This document shows positions 28,853 to 37,630 of a stretch of 64,000 bases of DNA, in pieces. Positions within the stretch are counted from its first letter, which is position 1, and the number at the start of each line of letters is the position of its first letter. A program made the position numbers and the translations under genes. Origin of the DNA: an uncultured Candidatus Saccharibacteria bacterium (lineage in GTDB: Bacteria > Patescibacteriota > Minisyncoccia > Phycocordibacterales > CSBR16-119); contig CAZPVH010000001.1 of assembly GCA_964589975.1 (NCBI GenBank), positions 100,853-164,852 on the forward strand, given 5' to 3'. The notes beneath the pieces are model-generated. The model saw only the letters and a list, made by a program, of their open reading frames with translations, was not told the DNA's origin and searched no databases.

Positions 28853-29816
28853 TGGTGGATTCTGGAAAAAGCTTCGCGAAAAGAAGCCCTTCTTTGTTTT
28901 GGCCCCAATGGCCGATGTCACAGACTGTGTTTTTAGAAATCTTATTGCAGAAAATGGCAAGCCGGATGTAATGTGGACCGAGTTTGTTTCAGCGGATGGA
29001 TTAGCTTCAGAGAAGGGTCGCCAGGCACTCATCATTGATCTCAAATTCTCAGAGGTTGAACGCCCTATTGTGGCGCAGCTCTTTGGCGGAAATCCGGAAA
29101 ACATGGAGTTTGCCTCACGTCTTTGCGCAGATCTCGGCTTCGATGGCATCGATATAAACATGGGTTGTCCTGATAGGTCTATAGAAAAGTCTAAAAGCGG
29201 CGCGTACTCAATTAGAGATCCCAAGCTTGCAAAAGAGGTTATGCTTGCCGCTAGGCGCGGCGCCGGAAATTTGCCTGTCAGTATAAAAACTAGAATCGGC
29301 TACAATAAGATTGAATGGGACTGGATTAAGGAAGTCCTATCTTGGCAATTACCAGCAGTAACTTTTCATCTTCGTACTAGAAAAGAAATGTCATTAGTTG
29401 CCGCTCACTGGGAGCTTATGCCGGAAATCATAAAATTGCGCGATGAGATCTCGCCTGAAACTCTAGTGATAGGGAACGGCGACGCAAAAGATATTGAAGA
29501 CGGGAGGAAAAAAGCGGTGGCGTCCGATGCAGACGGCATCATGCTAGGTCGTGCTATTTTTGGACGACCTTGGTTATTTGATCAAAACAAAACATTCACC
29601 AGCGTCAGAGAGCGATTGGTTGCCATGCTCCAACACACGAAGAGATTCGTTGAGGTTTTAGGCGAGTATAAAAATTTCGCCATCATGAAGAAACACTACA
29701 AGGCTTATGTGAATAATTGGGATGGCGCTAAAGAGCTTCGGATGTCTTTAATGGACGCCGAAAGCTATGAAGAAATAGAAAAAATTACAAAAGATTATCT
29801 GAAGAATGTAAATTAG
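28830..29816 (+). CDS. dus: tRNA-dihydrouridine synthase
   Basis: LAPMADVTD..FR, PIVAQLFG, GIDINMGCP, PVSIKTRIG, GNGD, GIMLGRA. Confidence 0.93.
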   Translation: MKKISLNSGGFWKKLREKKPFFVLAPMADVTDCVFRNLIAENGKPDVMWTEFVSADGLASEKGRQALIIDLKFSEVERPIVAQLFGGNPENMEFASRLCADLGFDGIDINMGCPDRSIEKSKSGAYSIRDPKLAKEVMLAARRGAGNLPVSIKTRIGYNKIEWDWIKEVLSWQLPAVTFHLRTRKEMSLVAAHWELMPEIIKLRDEISPETLVIGNGDAKDIEDGRKKAVASDADGIMLGRAIFGRPWLFDQNKTFTSVRERLVAMLQHTKRFVEVLGEYKNFAIMKKHYKAYVNNWDGAKELRMSLMDAESYEEIEKITKDYLKNVN

Positions 29817-29825
29817 CTGACTTTC

Positions 29826-29853
29826 TTGACGACCATTCTTCTCTTGTTATAAT
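29826..29853 (+). promoter_or_regulatory. sigma70-type promoter
   Basis: TTGACG-16-TATAAT with extended TG. Confidence 0.65.
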
Positions 29854-29898
29854 CTGGTTGTGGTCTCTGGATCACCATTACAAATAGCTCATAATCAT

Positions 29899-30057
29899 AT
29901 GGTAGAAACAGAATTTTTGAAGACTCTCGCAATTGACGCAGATTTGGAAGAAGAGGAGACCGTTGGCGACGATATGGATGCAGATACAGACGAGGATGAG
30001 GACGAAGATGAAATTGACAGTGATGAAGGAAGTGACGAAGGTGCCGGGGATCTATAA
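29899..30057 (+). CDS. Small, extremely acidic protein (52 aa)
   Basis: MVETEFLKTLAIDADLEEEETVGDDMDADTDEDEDEDEIDSDEGSDEGAGDL, with its own promoter and terminator. Confidence 0.65.
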   Translation: MVETEFLKTLAIDADLEEEETVGDDMDADTDEDEDEDEIDSDEGSDEGAGDL

Positions 30058-30068
30058 TTAGTTAAAAT

Positions 30069-30102
30069 ATAGTAAAAGCGCCCTTTTGGGCGCTTTTACT
30101 AT
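30069..30102. terminator. Intrinsic terminator
   Basis: ATAGTAAAAGCGCCC-tttt-GGGCGCTTTTACTAT. Confidence 0.85.
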
Positions 30103-30121
30103 ATTTGTTATAATCTGAGCC

Positions 30122-31153
30122 ATGTCAGAGATTGCTTTGTATAGAAAATACCGGCCAGAGGCCTGGAAGGAGGTTCTGGGTCAGGAACATATTGTAAAAG
30201 TTTTGCAGGGTGCGCTCGCGCTTGGCAATGTTGCGCATGCGTACCTCTTTTTCGGTTCTCGTGGAACAGGCAAGACCACTGTGGCCAGGATTGTCGCGCG
30301 CGAGCTTGGAGTTTCCGAAAATGATACTTTCGAAATAGATGCCGCATCGAATGGTGGTATCGATGAGATTCGCGCGCTTCAGGAAAATATTGCGACACTT
30401 CCTTTTGACTCCAAATACAAAGTTTATATTTTCGATGAAGTTCACATGTTGTCGAAAGCTGCTTGGAACGCGATGCTAAAAACGCTCGAGGAACCGCCAG
30501 CCCATGTCGTGTTTATTTTAGCTACCACCGAAATAGAAAAAGTCCCTGAAACAATCATATCTCGCTGCCAAGTCTTTACTTTTAAAAAGCCAAACACCAA
30601 AATCTTGAAACAGATGGTTGAGGGCGTGGCCAAGAGCGAAGGCTGGAAAATCGATGCCGCCGGCGCCGAGCTCATATCGATTCTCGGAGACGGATCTTTC
30701 CGCGACACGCATGGTATTCTGCAGAAAGTGATGTCGTTCTCAAAAGACAAGAAGATTAGTTCACAGGAAATTGAAGCAGTTACAAACGCGCCTTCGGGTA
30801 TGCTGGCAGTCAGTCTCTTGAAAAGCATCGCTGAAAAAGATCTAGCGGGTGGACTTGAACTTATTTCAAAGGCGGCTGAACAAAATATCGATATGGCTTT
30901 ATTTTTGAAACTTTCCGTCATGAGGCTGCGCACGGCGCTTCTTTTACGCTACGCTCCTGAGATGAAAAATGAGCTTTTCGAATCCATGACCGACGGCGAG
31001 CGAGACGCCATAACTCTGGTTTTAAAAACAAAAGGATCCAATCTGTCTTCGAAGACTTTAGAAATTCTCTTGGAAACGGGGGAGAAAATAAAATACGCCA
31101 GTGTTTCGACATTGCCTCTGGAACTCGCGCTCATAAAAATAATCGAGGAATAA
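30122..31153 (+). CDS. dnaX: DNA polymerase III subunit gamma/tau (short, gamma-length)
   Basis: LYRKYRP, GQEH, HAYLF.GSRGTGKTT, EIDAASN, DEVHMLS, LKTLEEPP, TIISRCQ. Confidence 0.95.
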   Translation: MSEIALYRKYRPEAWKEVLGQEHIVKVLQGALALGNVAHAYLFFGSRGTGKTTVARIVARELGVSENDTFEIDAASNGGIDEIRALQENIATLPFDSKYKVYIFDEVHMLSKAAWNAMLKTLEEPPAHVVFILATTEIEKVPETIISRCQVFTFKKPNTKILKQMVEGVAKSEGWKIDAAGAELISILGDGSFRDTHGILQKVMSFSKDKKISSQEIEAVTNAPSGMLAVSLLKSIAEKDLAGGLELISKAAEQNIDMALFLKLSVMRLRTALLLRYAPEMKNELFESMTDGERDAITLVLKTKGSNLSSKTLEILLETGEKIKYASVSTLPLELALIKIIEE

Positions 31154-31154
31154 G

Positions 31155-31182
31155 AAAGCCCCGCGTCATGCGCGGGGCTTTT
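31155..31182. terminator. Bidirectional terminator, AAAGCCCCGC family
   Basis: AAAGCCCCGCG-tcatg-CGCGGGGCTTT between dnaX and the sigma gene. Confidence 0.85.
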
Positions 31183-31199
31183 CCTTTTGTACTGTGTTC

Positions 31200-32075
31200 T
31201 CATCCGAGATAGGCCTTGAGGAGCTTGCCTCGACTGAAATGTCTGAGGCGTCGGATGCCCTTTTCCTTGATCTGGCGGACGCGTTCGCGGGTCAGGTCGA
31301 ATTTGGCGCCGATCTCGTCCAGCGTGAGACCGTGGTTCATGCCAATCCCAAAGTACAGCCTTACGACATCACCCTCACGTCCGGAAAGCATACTGAGCGC
31401 GCGTTCAATCTCTTCTGACATGCTGCCATTCATGATCAGGTCATCGGCTTGAGGACCCTTTTCGTCCTTCATGACATCGAGCAGTGTTGATTCCTCTCCA
31501 TCTCGGAGCGGCGCATCAAGACTCGTGTGTCTGCCGCCGCCAAGCTTGAGGGCTGTCTCAATGTTGTCCACAGGGAGATCAAGCAGCGCAGAGAGCTCTT
31601 CTGCTGTCGGCATACGCTCGAATTCCTGCTCGAGCTTTGCCACAGCCTTGTTGATCTTGTTCATCGAACCGATCTGGTTAAGCGGTAGTCGCACGATTCG
31701 CGCCTGTTCGGCCAACGCTTGGAGGATGCTTTGGCGTATCCACCAAACGGCGTAGCTGATGAACTTGAAGCCGCGAGTTTCGTCAAAACGCTTTGCCGCC
31801 TTAATGAGACCATGGTTGCCTTCGCTGATGAGATCAGGAAGAGAGAGTCCCTGATTTTGGTACTGCTTTGCAACAGATACCACGAATCGCGTGTTCGCTT
31901 TCACCAGTTTCTCCAGCGCGTCCTCGTCGCCTTGTTTGATGCGGACAGCGAGCTCAACTTCCTGTTGGGCCGTAATGAGAGGCAGTCTTCCGATCTCGTG
32001 GAGATACTTGTCGAGCGACCTGTCTTCGCGATTGGTAAGCGTCTTTGTGATCTTTAATTGGCGCATTCTGGCCAT
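31200..32075 (-). CDS. RNA polymerase sigma-70 factor of the Bacteroidota primary-sigma type (no region 1.1); start 32075 or 32066
   Basis: [94 protein letters not shown], ends LLKAYLG. Confidence 0.92.
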   Translation of the reverse strand: MARMRQLKITKTLTNREDRSLDKYLHEIGRLPLITAQQEVELAVRIKQGDEDALEKLVKANTRFVVSVAKQYQNQGLSLPDLISEGNHGLIKAAKRFDETRGFKFISYAVWWIRQSILQALAEQARIVRLPLNQIGSMNKINKAVAKLEQEFERMPTAEELSALLDLPVDNIETALKLGGGRHTSLDAPLRDGEESTLLDVMKDEKGPQADDLIMNGSMSEEIERALSMLSGREGDVVRLYFGIGMNHGLTLDEIGAKFDLTRERVRQIKEKGIRRLRHFSRGKLLKAYLG

Positions 32076-32100
32076 ATGTATGGAGCTGTTGGTTTCAGTT

Positions 32101-32129
32101 ACCATAACATTCAGCCTGATAGATGTCAA
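32101..32129 (-). promoter_or_regulatory. sigma70-type promoter of the sigma gene
   Basis: TTGACA-17-TATGGT with extended TG. Confidence 0.7.
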
Positions 32130-32130
32130 C

Positions 32131-32160
32131 ATAAAAGCCCCCGGTGAAAGGGGCTTTTAT
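32131..32160. terminator. Terminator, AAAGCCCC family
   Basis: ATAAAAGCCCC-cggtgaaa-GGGGCTTTTAT. Confidence 0.8.
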
Positions 32161-32574
32161 TTATGCGGCTTGGCTGTGATCTATTTCTTCGATTGGAGGA
32201 TCTATTGGTTTAATTTTTCTTGGATCTTCTTTTACGATAATTCCGCCACCTTTTAAGATCATTTCTTCAGTAGTGGCGAAATCAACTTTGTCGTCTGTGC
32301 ACCAAACAGTGCCGGTATAACCGTCAGTCGTTTTTTCTATTTTTACCGGGTGCTCTTTTTCATCGAATACATCAAGGACAGAAGGGTCTTCGAAATGAAA
32401 AATAAACCAAGGTTTAAGCGCGTCCCCTTCACTCCTCTCCGGATGTTCCGCCAAGAATAGATTATTCGCTAGATGATTTTCATCAATAGGGGAAAAACTC
32501 TTGTGTACGGATTCAATACCAGGCCTGTTAGGAGCCGCCTCATTCTTTTGTCCGCCAATGCCGAAAAGTCCCAT
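32161..32574 (-). CDS. Hypothetical protein
   Basis: 137-aa ORF 5 nt downstream of the aquaporin, ending at a terminator. Confidence 0.6.
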   Translation of the reverse strand: MGLFGIGGQKNEAAPNRPGIESVHKSFSPIDENHLANNLFLAEHPERSEGDALKPWFIFHFEDPSVLDVFDEKEHPVKIEKTTDGYTGTVWCTDDKVDFATTEEMILKGGGIIVKEDPRKIKPIDPPIEEIDHSQAA

Positions 32575-32579
32575 GTGAA

Positions 32580-33176
32580 TTATTTATTACCCTGTCCCAA
32601 GAATTTGTAGATGAGCATACCGATAACCGATCCGATAAATGGAGCGACGAGGTATGGGATGGCCCAGATGTGCACGCCGAGAGCGATAGCAGGGTTGATG
32701 ACTCCGTATGATCCGAGTCCACCGCCGATGTATGCGCCCATGATGAGAGATAGACCGATGATAGCCGCAGTCTGCAGTCCACCGCGAGCTTTATCGAGAG
32801 CACCCATGATGCCGAAGGCAAAGATTGCCATACCGATCATTTCGGCAACGAATGAATAAACAGAAAATTCTGTTCTGAATGCTGGTAGCTGTAGCGCCAT
32901 AGCCATGGTTATGGCCCAGACCGCGACGCCAGCAAGTGCCTGAAGGAATATATAGATGAGAGCGTTCTTTAGGCTAATGCGTCGCATAACGAGCATTCCA
33001 AAAGTGACAGCCGGATTGTAGTGTCCGCCTGAAACAGCGCCGATAGTAAAGACAAGCATAGCGAGCGTGAGACCGACCCAGAAGGCGGTCGGCACTCCAG
33101 CGGCGCTAAAAATAGATGCGGTAACTGTAAGCGTCAAGACTAATGTGCCGAAAAATTCAGCAATGTATTTTTTCAT
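32580..33176 (-). CDS. Aquaporin / MIP family channel
   Basis: KYIAEFFGT, SGGHYNPAVT, second NPA (VINPAIA), YLVAPFIG. Confidence 0.92.
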   Translation of the reverse strand: MKKYIAEFFGTLVLTLTVTASIFSAAGVPTAFWVGLTLAMLVFTIGAVSGGHYNPAVTFGMLVMRRISLKNALIYIFLQALAGVAVWAITMAMALQLPAFRTEFSVYSFVAEMIGMAIFAFGIMGALDKARGGLQTAAIIGLSLIMGAYIGGGLGSYGVINPAIALGVHIWAIPYLVAPFIGSVIGMLIYKFLGQGNK

Positions 33177-33331
33177 GATTCTTTTATAAAGCTATATTAA
33201 TGCGTCTATTATACCAGGGGATGTCCGTCGTGAGAAAGGGGATATATTTCTTGACCGGACACGAACGGAATGTTATTAATTAAAAGACGCAAGTTCATTA
33301 ACCCGGCTTACCCCGGACAAAACCCTACAAG

Positions 33332-33664
33332 ATGCTGACAGCACTTCTCATTGCGGTCGTGGCCGCAGCGAGCCTTGGTATATTTCTCTACGATCGGCGC
33401 AAGATCAAGAAAAGCGGCGCCGCGAAGTTCGAGAAATATCTGATCGACCAGCTTGAGACCGAACTGATTCCGCATTTTGCTACTCGGGACGAGGCTTTGA
33501 GCTTTGTTGCCAAGTTTCAAGATGCCAAGCAGAAAAACTTTGGACCGGTTCATGTTATTGATCTCCAGGTCCTCTGCGACAATGTCGTCTATAGGATGTG
33601 CAATAAAGGCATGATTCCCGAGCGACACTGGCGGAATTGGCCGGTTTTGGTCGAGATGGCATGA
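33332..33664 (+). CDS. ORFan with N-terminal TM (stand-alone unit)
   Basis: TTGACC-17-TATTAA(T) at 33251..33280, A/C-rich leader, terminator at 33666. Confidence 0.65.
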   Translation: MLTALLIAVVAAASLGIFLYDRRKIKKSGAAKFEKYLIDQLETELIPHFATRDEALSFVAKFQDAKQKNFGPVHVIDLQVLCDNVVYRMCNKGMIPERHWRNWPVLVEMA

Positions 33665-33665
33665 A

Positions 33666-33694
33666 AAAGCCCCCGCGCGATGCGCGGGGGCTTT
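33666..33694. terminator. Bidirectional terminator, AAAGCCCCGC family
   Basis: AAAGCCCCCGCGC-gat-GCGCGGGGGCTTT. Confidence 0.85.
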
Positions 33695-33703
33695 AGCTTT
33701 TCA

Positions 33704-34108
33704 TTACATCTTCACTAGGGGCTGATGAATGCCGAAAACATTCTTTTCCGTGTCGATGTAATATGCCTGCCAAGCCATGCCAGCCAGATCCATTTTTGGT
33801 AGGGCGCAGATTGAACCGGTTTCCTCGAGTTTTTTTATCGTCGCGTCGATATCATCCACGACGATGGTGCAAACATAACCAGTTACGGCTTGTCGTGGCT
33901 TCACCGGATCGCATTCGCCAGGCCGTTTCAAGAGGCCGCCATTGATACCGGTCTCAGTCGAGTCCTTTGGCGCGGTCATGATCATCCAGTATTCTGTGTC
34001 ACTTCCTTTCCACTCGACAAATTCCCAGCCGAAAATTTTTTTATAAAAATCCATTGCTCTCTGTAGATCATCTGCTTGTATTTCAAAATGCGCAACTCTA
34101 TTAGACAT
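33704..34108 (-). CDS. VOC / glyoxalase-bleomycin resistance family protein
   Basis: VAHFEI.ADD..RA..FY..IFGW, GINGGL, VDDID, DTEKNVFGI. Confidence 0.9.
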   Translation of the reverse strand: MSNRVAHFEIQADDLQRAMDFYKKIFGWEFVEWKGSDTEYWMIMTAPKDSTETGINGGLLKRPGECDPVKPRQAVTGYVCTIVVDDIDATIKKLEETGSICALPKMDLAGMAWQAYYIDTEKNVFGIHQPLVKM

Positions 34109-34137
34109 ATATAAAAATTAAAATATTAAATGTGATT

Positions 34138-34665
34138 TTATCTTAACATCTCCAAATGTAATTTGCTGCTATCGGTCTTTATTGCATTGAAAATATTTTT
34201 AGAAATTCCAAGTCTTTCGAACCAGTTCTGGAAATATTCAAATAATTCTGCTGAGCGTTCATGCTTGCCAAAATGATATTGCATAAAATCTTTGTAATTC
34301 TGGATTTTATCGGCAATCAGCATTTGATTAACTTCAGTAAGTGGACTAAGAGCTATTTCTTCAAGGCTAATAATTTTTCTTCGACTTAGGTATGCATTGG
34401 CAATATTCCTGTATTCCATTGTTAAAGCAACGATCTTCGGATCAAATTCTGAAATTCTAGAAATATTCTTGAGTACATCTTCATCACTCTGAAAAAGTGG
34501 ATGAAGGCAATAGGCTCTCTGGGTATATTCTGAAGCGTTTATGGCTTTAAGAATCTCCAAGCCTTCATTTATGTGATTAATAAGTAAAACACCGCTTCGG
34601 GCAGTTGTTTGTCCTCCATAGTATTTTTTGATCGCTTCGTATTCTTTAGAAGGAGTATCTTTCAT
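34138..34665 (-). CDS. AT-rich gene for a divergent HD-like protein, directly downstream of tRNA-Gln
   Basis: RSG..LINH...AYCLHP...LIADKIQN spacing resembles HD_4/Mesh1 motifs; starts 3 nt after the tRNA 3' end. Confidence 0.65.
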   Translation of the reverse strand: MKDTPSKEYEAIKKYYGGQTTARSGVLLINHINEGLEILKAINASEYTQRAYCLHPLFQSDEDVLKNISRISEFDPKIVALTMEYRNIANAYLSRRKIISLEEIALSPLTEVNQMLIADKIQNYKDFMQYHFGKHERSAELFEYFQNWFERLGISKNIFNAIKTDSSKLHLEMLR

Positions 34666-34668
34666 GTG

Positions 34669-34739
34669 CTACCGGGCAGGGACTCGAACCCCAATTAACA
34701 GGACCAAAACCTGCTGTCCTACCATTAGACGACCCGGTA
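34669..34739 (-). tRNA. tRNA-Gln(UUG), CCA not encoded
   Basis: TACCGGG TC GTCTAATGGTAGGAC A GCAGG TTTTGGT CCTGT TAAT TGGGG TTCGAGT CCCTG CCCGGTA G cloverleaf, anticodon TTG. Confidence 0.95.
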
Positions 34740-34782
34740 ATGACGTCATTTTGCCTTAAAACATACTTTTTATCAAGAAAAG

Positions 34783-34808
34783 AAAAGCCCCGCGGTTGCG
34801 GGGTTTTT
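34783..34808. terminator. Terminator, AAAGCCCCGC family
   Basis: AAAAGCCCCGC-ggtt-GCGGGGTTTTT. Confidence 0.8.
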
Positions 34809-34815
34809 CAAAAGA

Positions 34816-35391
34816 TCAGAATTGCGCGCGCGGGACGGTACGGTAAGCGGGCTTTCTCAGCGAGAACAAAATAAGAACCGCGCAGAGGAAGGTCGTGCAT
34901 CCGGCGTAAAGCCTTTCCTCGATGGTCCAATCCTTACCTGCGTACAGGGACATAGCATTCGCTATTAGGAAAAGCGTGTAGATACCGGTCGGGGTGGATT
35001 CGGGCTTTTTCCACGTGTCGACGCCCTGCGGAACAGAAGCGATCACGACTGCTAGGCTGCTGGCTACAGTCCCAGCCTCTGGTCCTATCGCATACCACAC
35101 GAAAAGGCAGACCAACACCAGAAACGTTGTGACTGACTCGACCCATGTCCAGGAAACCTGCTTCTTGAAAGCGAGACACGTGGTGACGATCGAAGCGCTG
35201 CAAGCATAAGCGAGGGGAAGCGCGTAATTTCCTTTCTGGATTATGGTTGTTGTGGCCGCAATGATGTCCAGGAGGGCCCATAGGAAGAAGGCGGCAAAGT
35301 TTTGCTGCACAGTTCCCTTTAAGATTCGGTAAATGAGCGGTGCATTAGCGCCTAGGCCAATGATCGCAGCGAGGAGTTGTAAACGATCCAT
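34816..35391 (-). CDS. Polytopic membrane protein, PQ-loop/SWEET-like (stand-alone unit)
   Basis: About 7 TM helices with two P-containing repeats (NAPLIYRI; SVPQGVDTWKKP); TTGACG-17-CAATAT upstream; leader AAAACCGGAACCA. Confidence 0.65.
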   Translation of the reverse strand: MDRLQLLAAIIGLGANAPLIYRILKGTVQQNFAAFFLWALLDIIAATTTIIQKGNYALPLAYACSASIVTTCLAFKKQVSWTWVESVTTFLVLVCLFVWYAIGPEAGTVASSLAVVIASVPQGVDTWKKPESTPTGIYTLFLIANAMSLYAGKDWTIEERLYAGCTTFLCAVLILFSLRKPAYRTVPRAQF

Positions 35392-35497
35392 TGGTTCCGG
35401 TTTTGAAAGATATTGTCATAATTCTCTGACACCGTCAACTAAAACAATTATTCTTTTAATTAAAAATAAGATGGTAGAATTGGCGCACATTCTAATG

Positions 35498-35818
35498 ATG
35501 GAGAATACTCAAATAAAACAACTCACAGAAAATGCCAAGAAGGTGATGCAAATGTATCAGAAGGAATTTCCGGATGTGAAAATGGATCGTGACTACTTGC
35601 CGTTTAAAATCACCGAAGAGTGGGGCGAATGTTTGCAGGCGTATCTCATGCTCACCGATCGCGGACGCCAGAAAGGGAAGTCGAAAGAGGATATCAAGGA
35701 ACTTCTGTCCCAGGAGTTCGCAGACGTCTTCGCCTACCTTCTTCTTTTTGCCGAAAGCGAAGGAGTAGACTTGGCAGAATCTATCGATAAGAAATGGTTT
35801 TCGTATTTGAAAAGATAG
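35498..35818 (+). CDS. MazG-like nucleotide pyrophosphohydrolase
   Basis: KITEEWGE...EFADVFAYLL..A...GVDL..I.KKW; start 35495 or 35498. Confidence 0.8.
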   Translation: MENTQIKQLTENAKKVMQMYQKEFPDVKMDRDYLPFKITEEWGECLQAYLMLTDRGRQKGKSKEDIKELLSQEFADVFAYLLLFAESEGVDLAESIDKKWFSYLKR

Positions 35819-35870
35819 TTAAAAACTTTCTCGTCTAACTAAAACAAAAACCCGGGCATGTGTCCCGGGC

Positions 35871-36215
35871 TTATGTCTTCGGTTTTTTTGGGCGCCGCTT
35901 CCTGTTAAGGAATATCCGGAAAAGGGAGAAGAGAACGGTCAGGCCTGCGCAAGTCGCGACTGCCCAGAGTAAGCCAAAGAACATCCACCCGAGCATCGCC
36001 GCCGTAAAAAGTAGAAATAGATAGAGTACGAAAGCAATGACTTTCTTGAATACCTCCATCTCAAGCATGTAAATCTTGTGCAGTTGCGCTTTTCGTTCTT
36101 CGCGTGCGCGTATCAGGTTGTATACAGCGTCCTGGCCAATCTCTGTCGCCTCCATTAGGTCTGCGTCCTGGAGCTGTTCTCTGAGCATGGGATCATCAAA
36201 GCCCGTTGTTTTCAT
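35871..36215 (-). CDS. ORFan two-TM membrane protein (stand-alone unit)
   Basis: TTGACA at 36257-36262 with TATAAT/TAATTT -10; leader TAAAACCGTGTTCAA; hairpin ~35847-35872. Confidence 0.65.
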   Translation of the reverse strand: MKTTGFDDPMLREQLQDADLMEATEIGQDAVYNLIRAREERKAQLHKIYMLEMEVFKKVIAFVLYLFLLFTAAMLGWMFFGLLWAVATCAGLTVLFSLFRIFLNRKRRPKKPKT

Positions 36216-36300
36216 TTGAACACGGTTTTACAGAAATTATATTCCAAATTAACAATTGTCAAACTGTACGGCCCGGAATCAAGTCGGATATAATAGATAC

Positions 36301-36561
36301 GTGCAAAAGAAATGGTTCAAAAGAAAACTCTATGGCTATGGCTGGTACCCGGCTTCGTGGGAAGGGTGGCTGTCTCTCATGATATTCCTTTTATACATTG
36401 TTTGGTGTTTTCTTTGCATTGAAAATCGTTCAAATTCTACAGGCGAGCTTTTGATAAAATTCTTGCCTAGGCTTCTTTTGGCCATGGCTATCATGACATT
36501 TCTCGCCATCAAAAAAGGCGAGAAGCCGCGCTGGCAATGGGGAAAGCACATAGAAGATTAA
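36301..36561 (+). CDS. Small two-TM membrane protein
   Basis: GTG start 6 nt after TATAAT; WFKRKLYGYGWYPASWEGW...KGEKPRWQWG. Confidence 0.7.
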   Translation: MQKKWFKRKLYGYGWYPASWEGWLSLMIFLLYIVWCFLCIENRSNSTGELLIKFLPRLLLAMAIMTFLAIKKGEKPRWQWGKHIED

Positions 36562-36568
36562 ATAAATC

Positions 36569-36596
36569 AAAAGGGCGTCCTTGCGGACGCCCTTCT
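36569..36596. terminator. Bidirectional terminator
   Basis: AAGGGCGTCC-ttgc-GGACGCCCTT between convergent genes. Confidence 0.8.
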
Positions 36597-36928
36597 TACT
36601 TGGGGTCATCTTTGGGTTTTTTACGCTTGATGAGGTGCGAGCCTGCGGCGTAGGCAAACAGGGGATCGAATTCCTTCTTCGGGATGACGAAGTTGTTCTT
36701 ATCTGAAATGACTTCGGTAATTCCCGGGTCAGGCTCAGTTTGTGCCGGACTTTGGACCGTGGACGAATCATCCAGAATCACGCCAGTAGCGCCAGGCTTT
36801 CCGGCCATCCAGTCTTCATACTGCTTCTTGTGCTCCGGAGACAGTACACCGATCTTGTCGCTTGTGATTAGGGCCATCAGACCGCGATTGATGCCCGGTG
36901 GCTTTTTCCGACGGTTTTTCTTTGCCAT
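36596..36928 (-). CDS. ORFan with basic termini (stand-alone unit)
   Basis: TTGACA-16-TATTTT; leader AAAAACCGAACAAATC. Confidence 0.6.
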   Translation of the reverse strand: MAKKNRRKKPPGINRGLMALITSDKIGVLSPEHKKQYEDWMAGKPGATGVILDDSSTVQSPAQTEPDPGITEVISDKNNFVIPKKEFDPLFAYAAGSHLIKRKKPKDDPK

Positions 36929-36992
36929 GATTTGTTCGGTTTTTATTAAAATACATTAGTTTATAAGTTTGTCAAATAAATATGAGTAAAAG

Positions 36993-37020
36993 AAAAGCCC
37001 CCGCGATGTGCGAGGGCTTT
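36993..37020. terminator. Terminator, AAAGCCCCGC family
   Basis: AAAAGCCCCCGC-gatgt-GCGAGGGCTTT. Confidence 0.75.
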
Positions 37021-37030
37021 CCAAAACCTT

Positions 37031-37630
37031 TTATGCTCCGGTCGGTGTTGTGTCGGTTAGCCTGCCGTTTTGGCCGACGGTATTTGCGTTGACTGTTCCT
37101 CTCCAGTTCGCTGTACGATCATGTGGATGTTCATCATCCTTTGGATGACGGGGCTCATCATCAACGAATACGCGACTTCCGACAATATTGTCGTGGAACT
37201 TGTTCTCGGTGATCTCAATCAGACCGCGGATGTGTTCTAGTTGCCTTTCCAACAAGTCTCTATCCTCTGAAGGAATTTTCTTTAGGAGTTCTTCTTTCAG
37301 TGAGTCCTTGTAGTCCTGAAGATACACTTGCTGACGGCGGTTCATTTCCCGAGACTTTCCTACGACTATACGTCTCCACCTCAGAGAAAACGCTGCAACG
37401 CCGATCGCCATCATAAGACTGAAAACGAAAGCGCCCATAGGTTCGCCATCGATGTTTTGAGAGATCAGCATGTACGATGCAAGTAGGACCGCTATGCTGA
37501 GGAACAGTGGCCATCCGGCAAAAGGCTTGCCCCAGGCAATATCATTTCTGGTGCCAACTGTTTTTGCTGATAGCCAGTTCTGATTGATGACATCCTTCAT
37601 GAATATTCGAGGTGGTTTGCGCTGCTGCAT
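37031..37630 (-). CDS. ORFan two-TM membrane protein with coiled coil (stand-alone unit)
   Basis: Start moved to MQQRK, because TTGACT-17-TAGTAT (37671-37699) and the leader CCGAACAAAAAAACCAAAACCAAAAAACCGA lie inside the longer ORF call. Confidence 0.65.
   Translation of the reverse strand: MQQRKPPRIFMKDVINQNWLSAKTVGTRNDIAWGKPFAGWPLFLSIAVLLASYMLISQNIDGEPMGAFVFSLMMAIGVAAFSLRWRRIVVGKSREMNRRQQVYLQDYKDSLKEELLKKIPSEDRDLLERQLEHIRGLIEITENKFHDNIVGSRVFVDDEPRHPKDDEHPHDRTANWRGTVNANTVGQNGRLTDTTPTGA

Noticed and set aside
30122-31153. dnaX as a truncated pseudogene
   Set aside because: Domains I-III are intact and end cleanly (LPLELALIKI) before a terminator; short gamma-like DnaX is plausible in reduced genomes.
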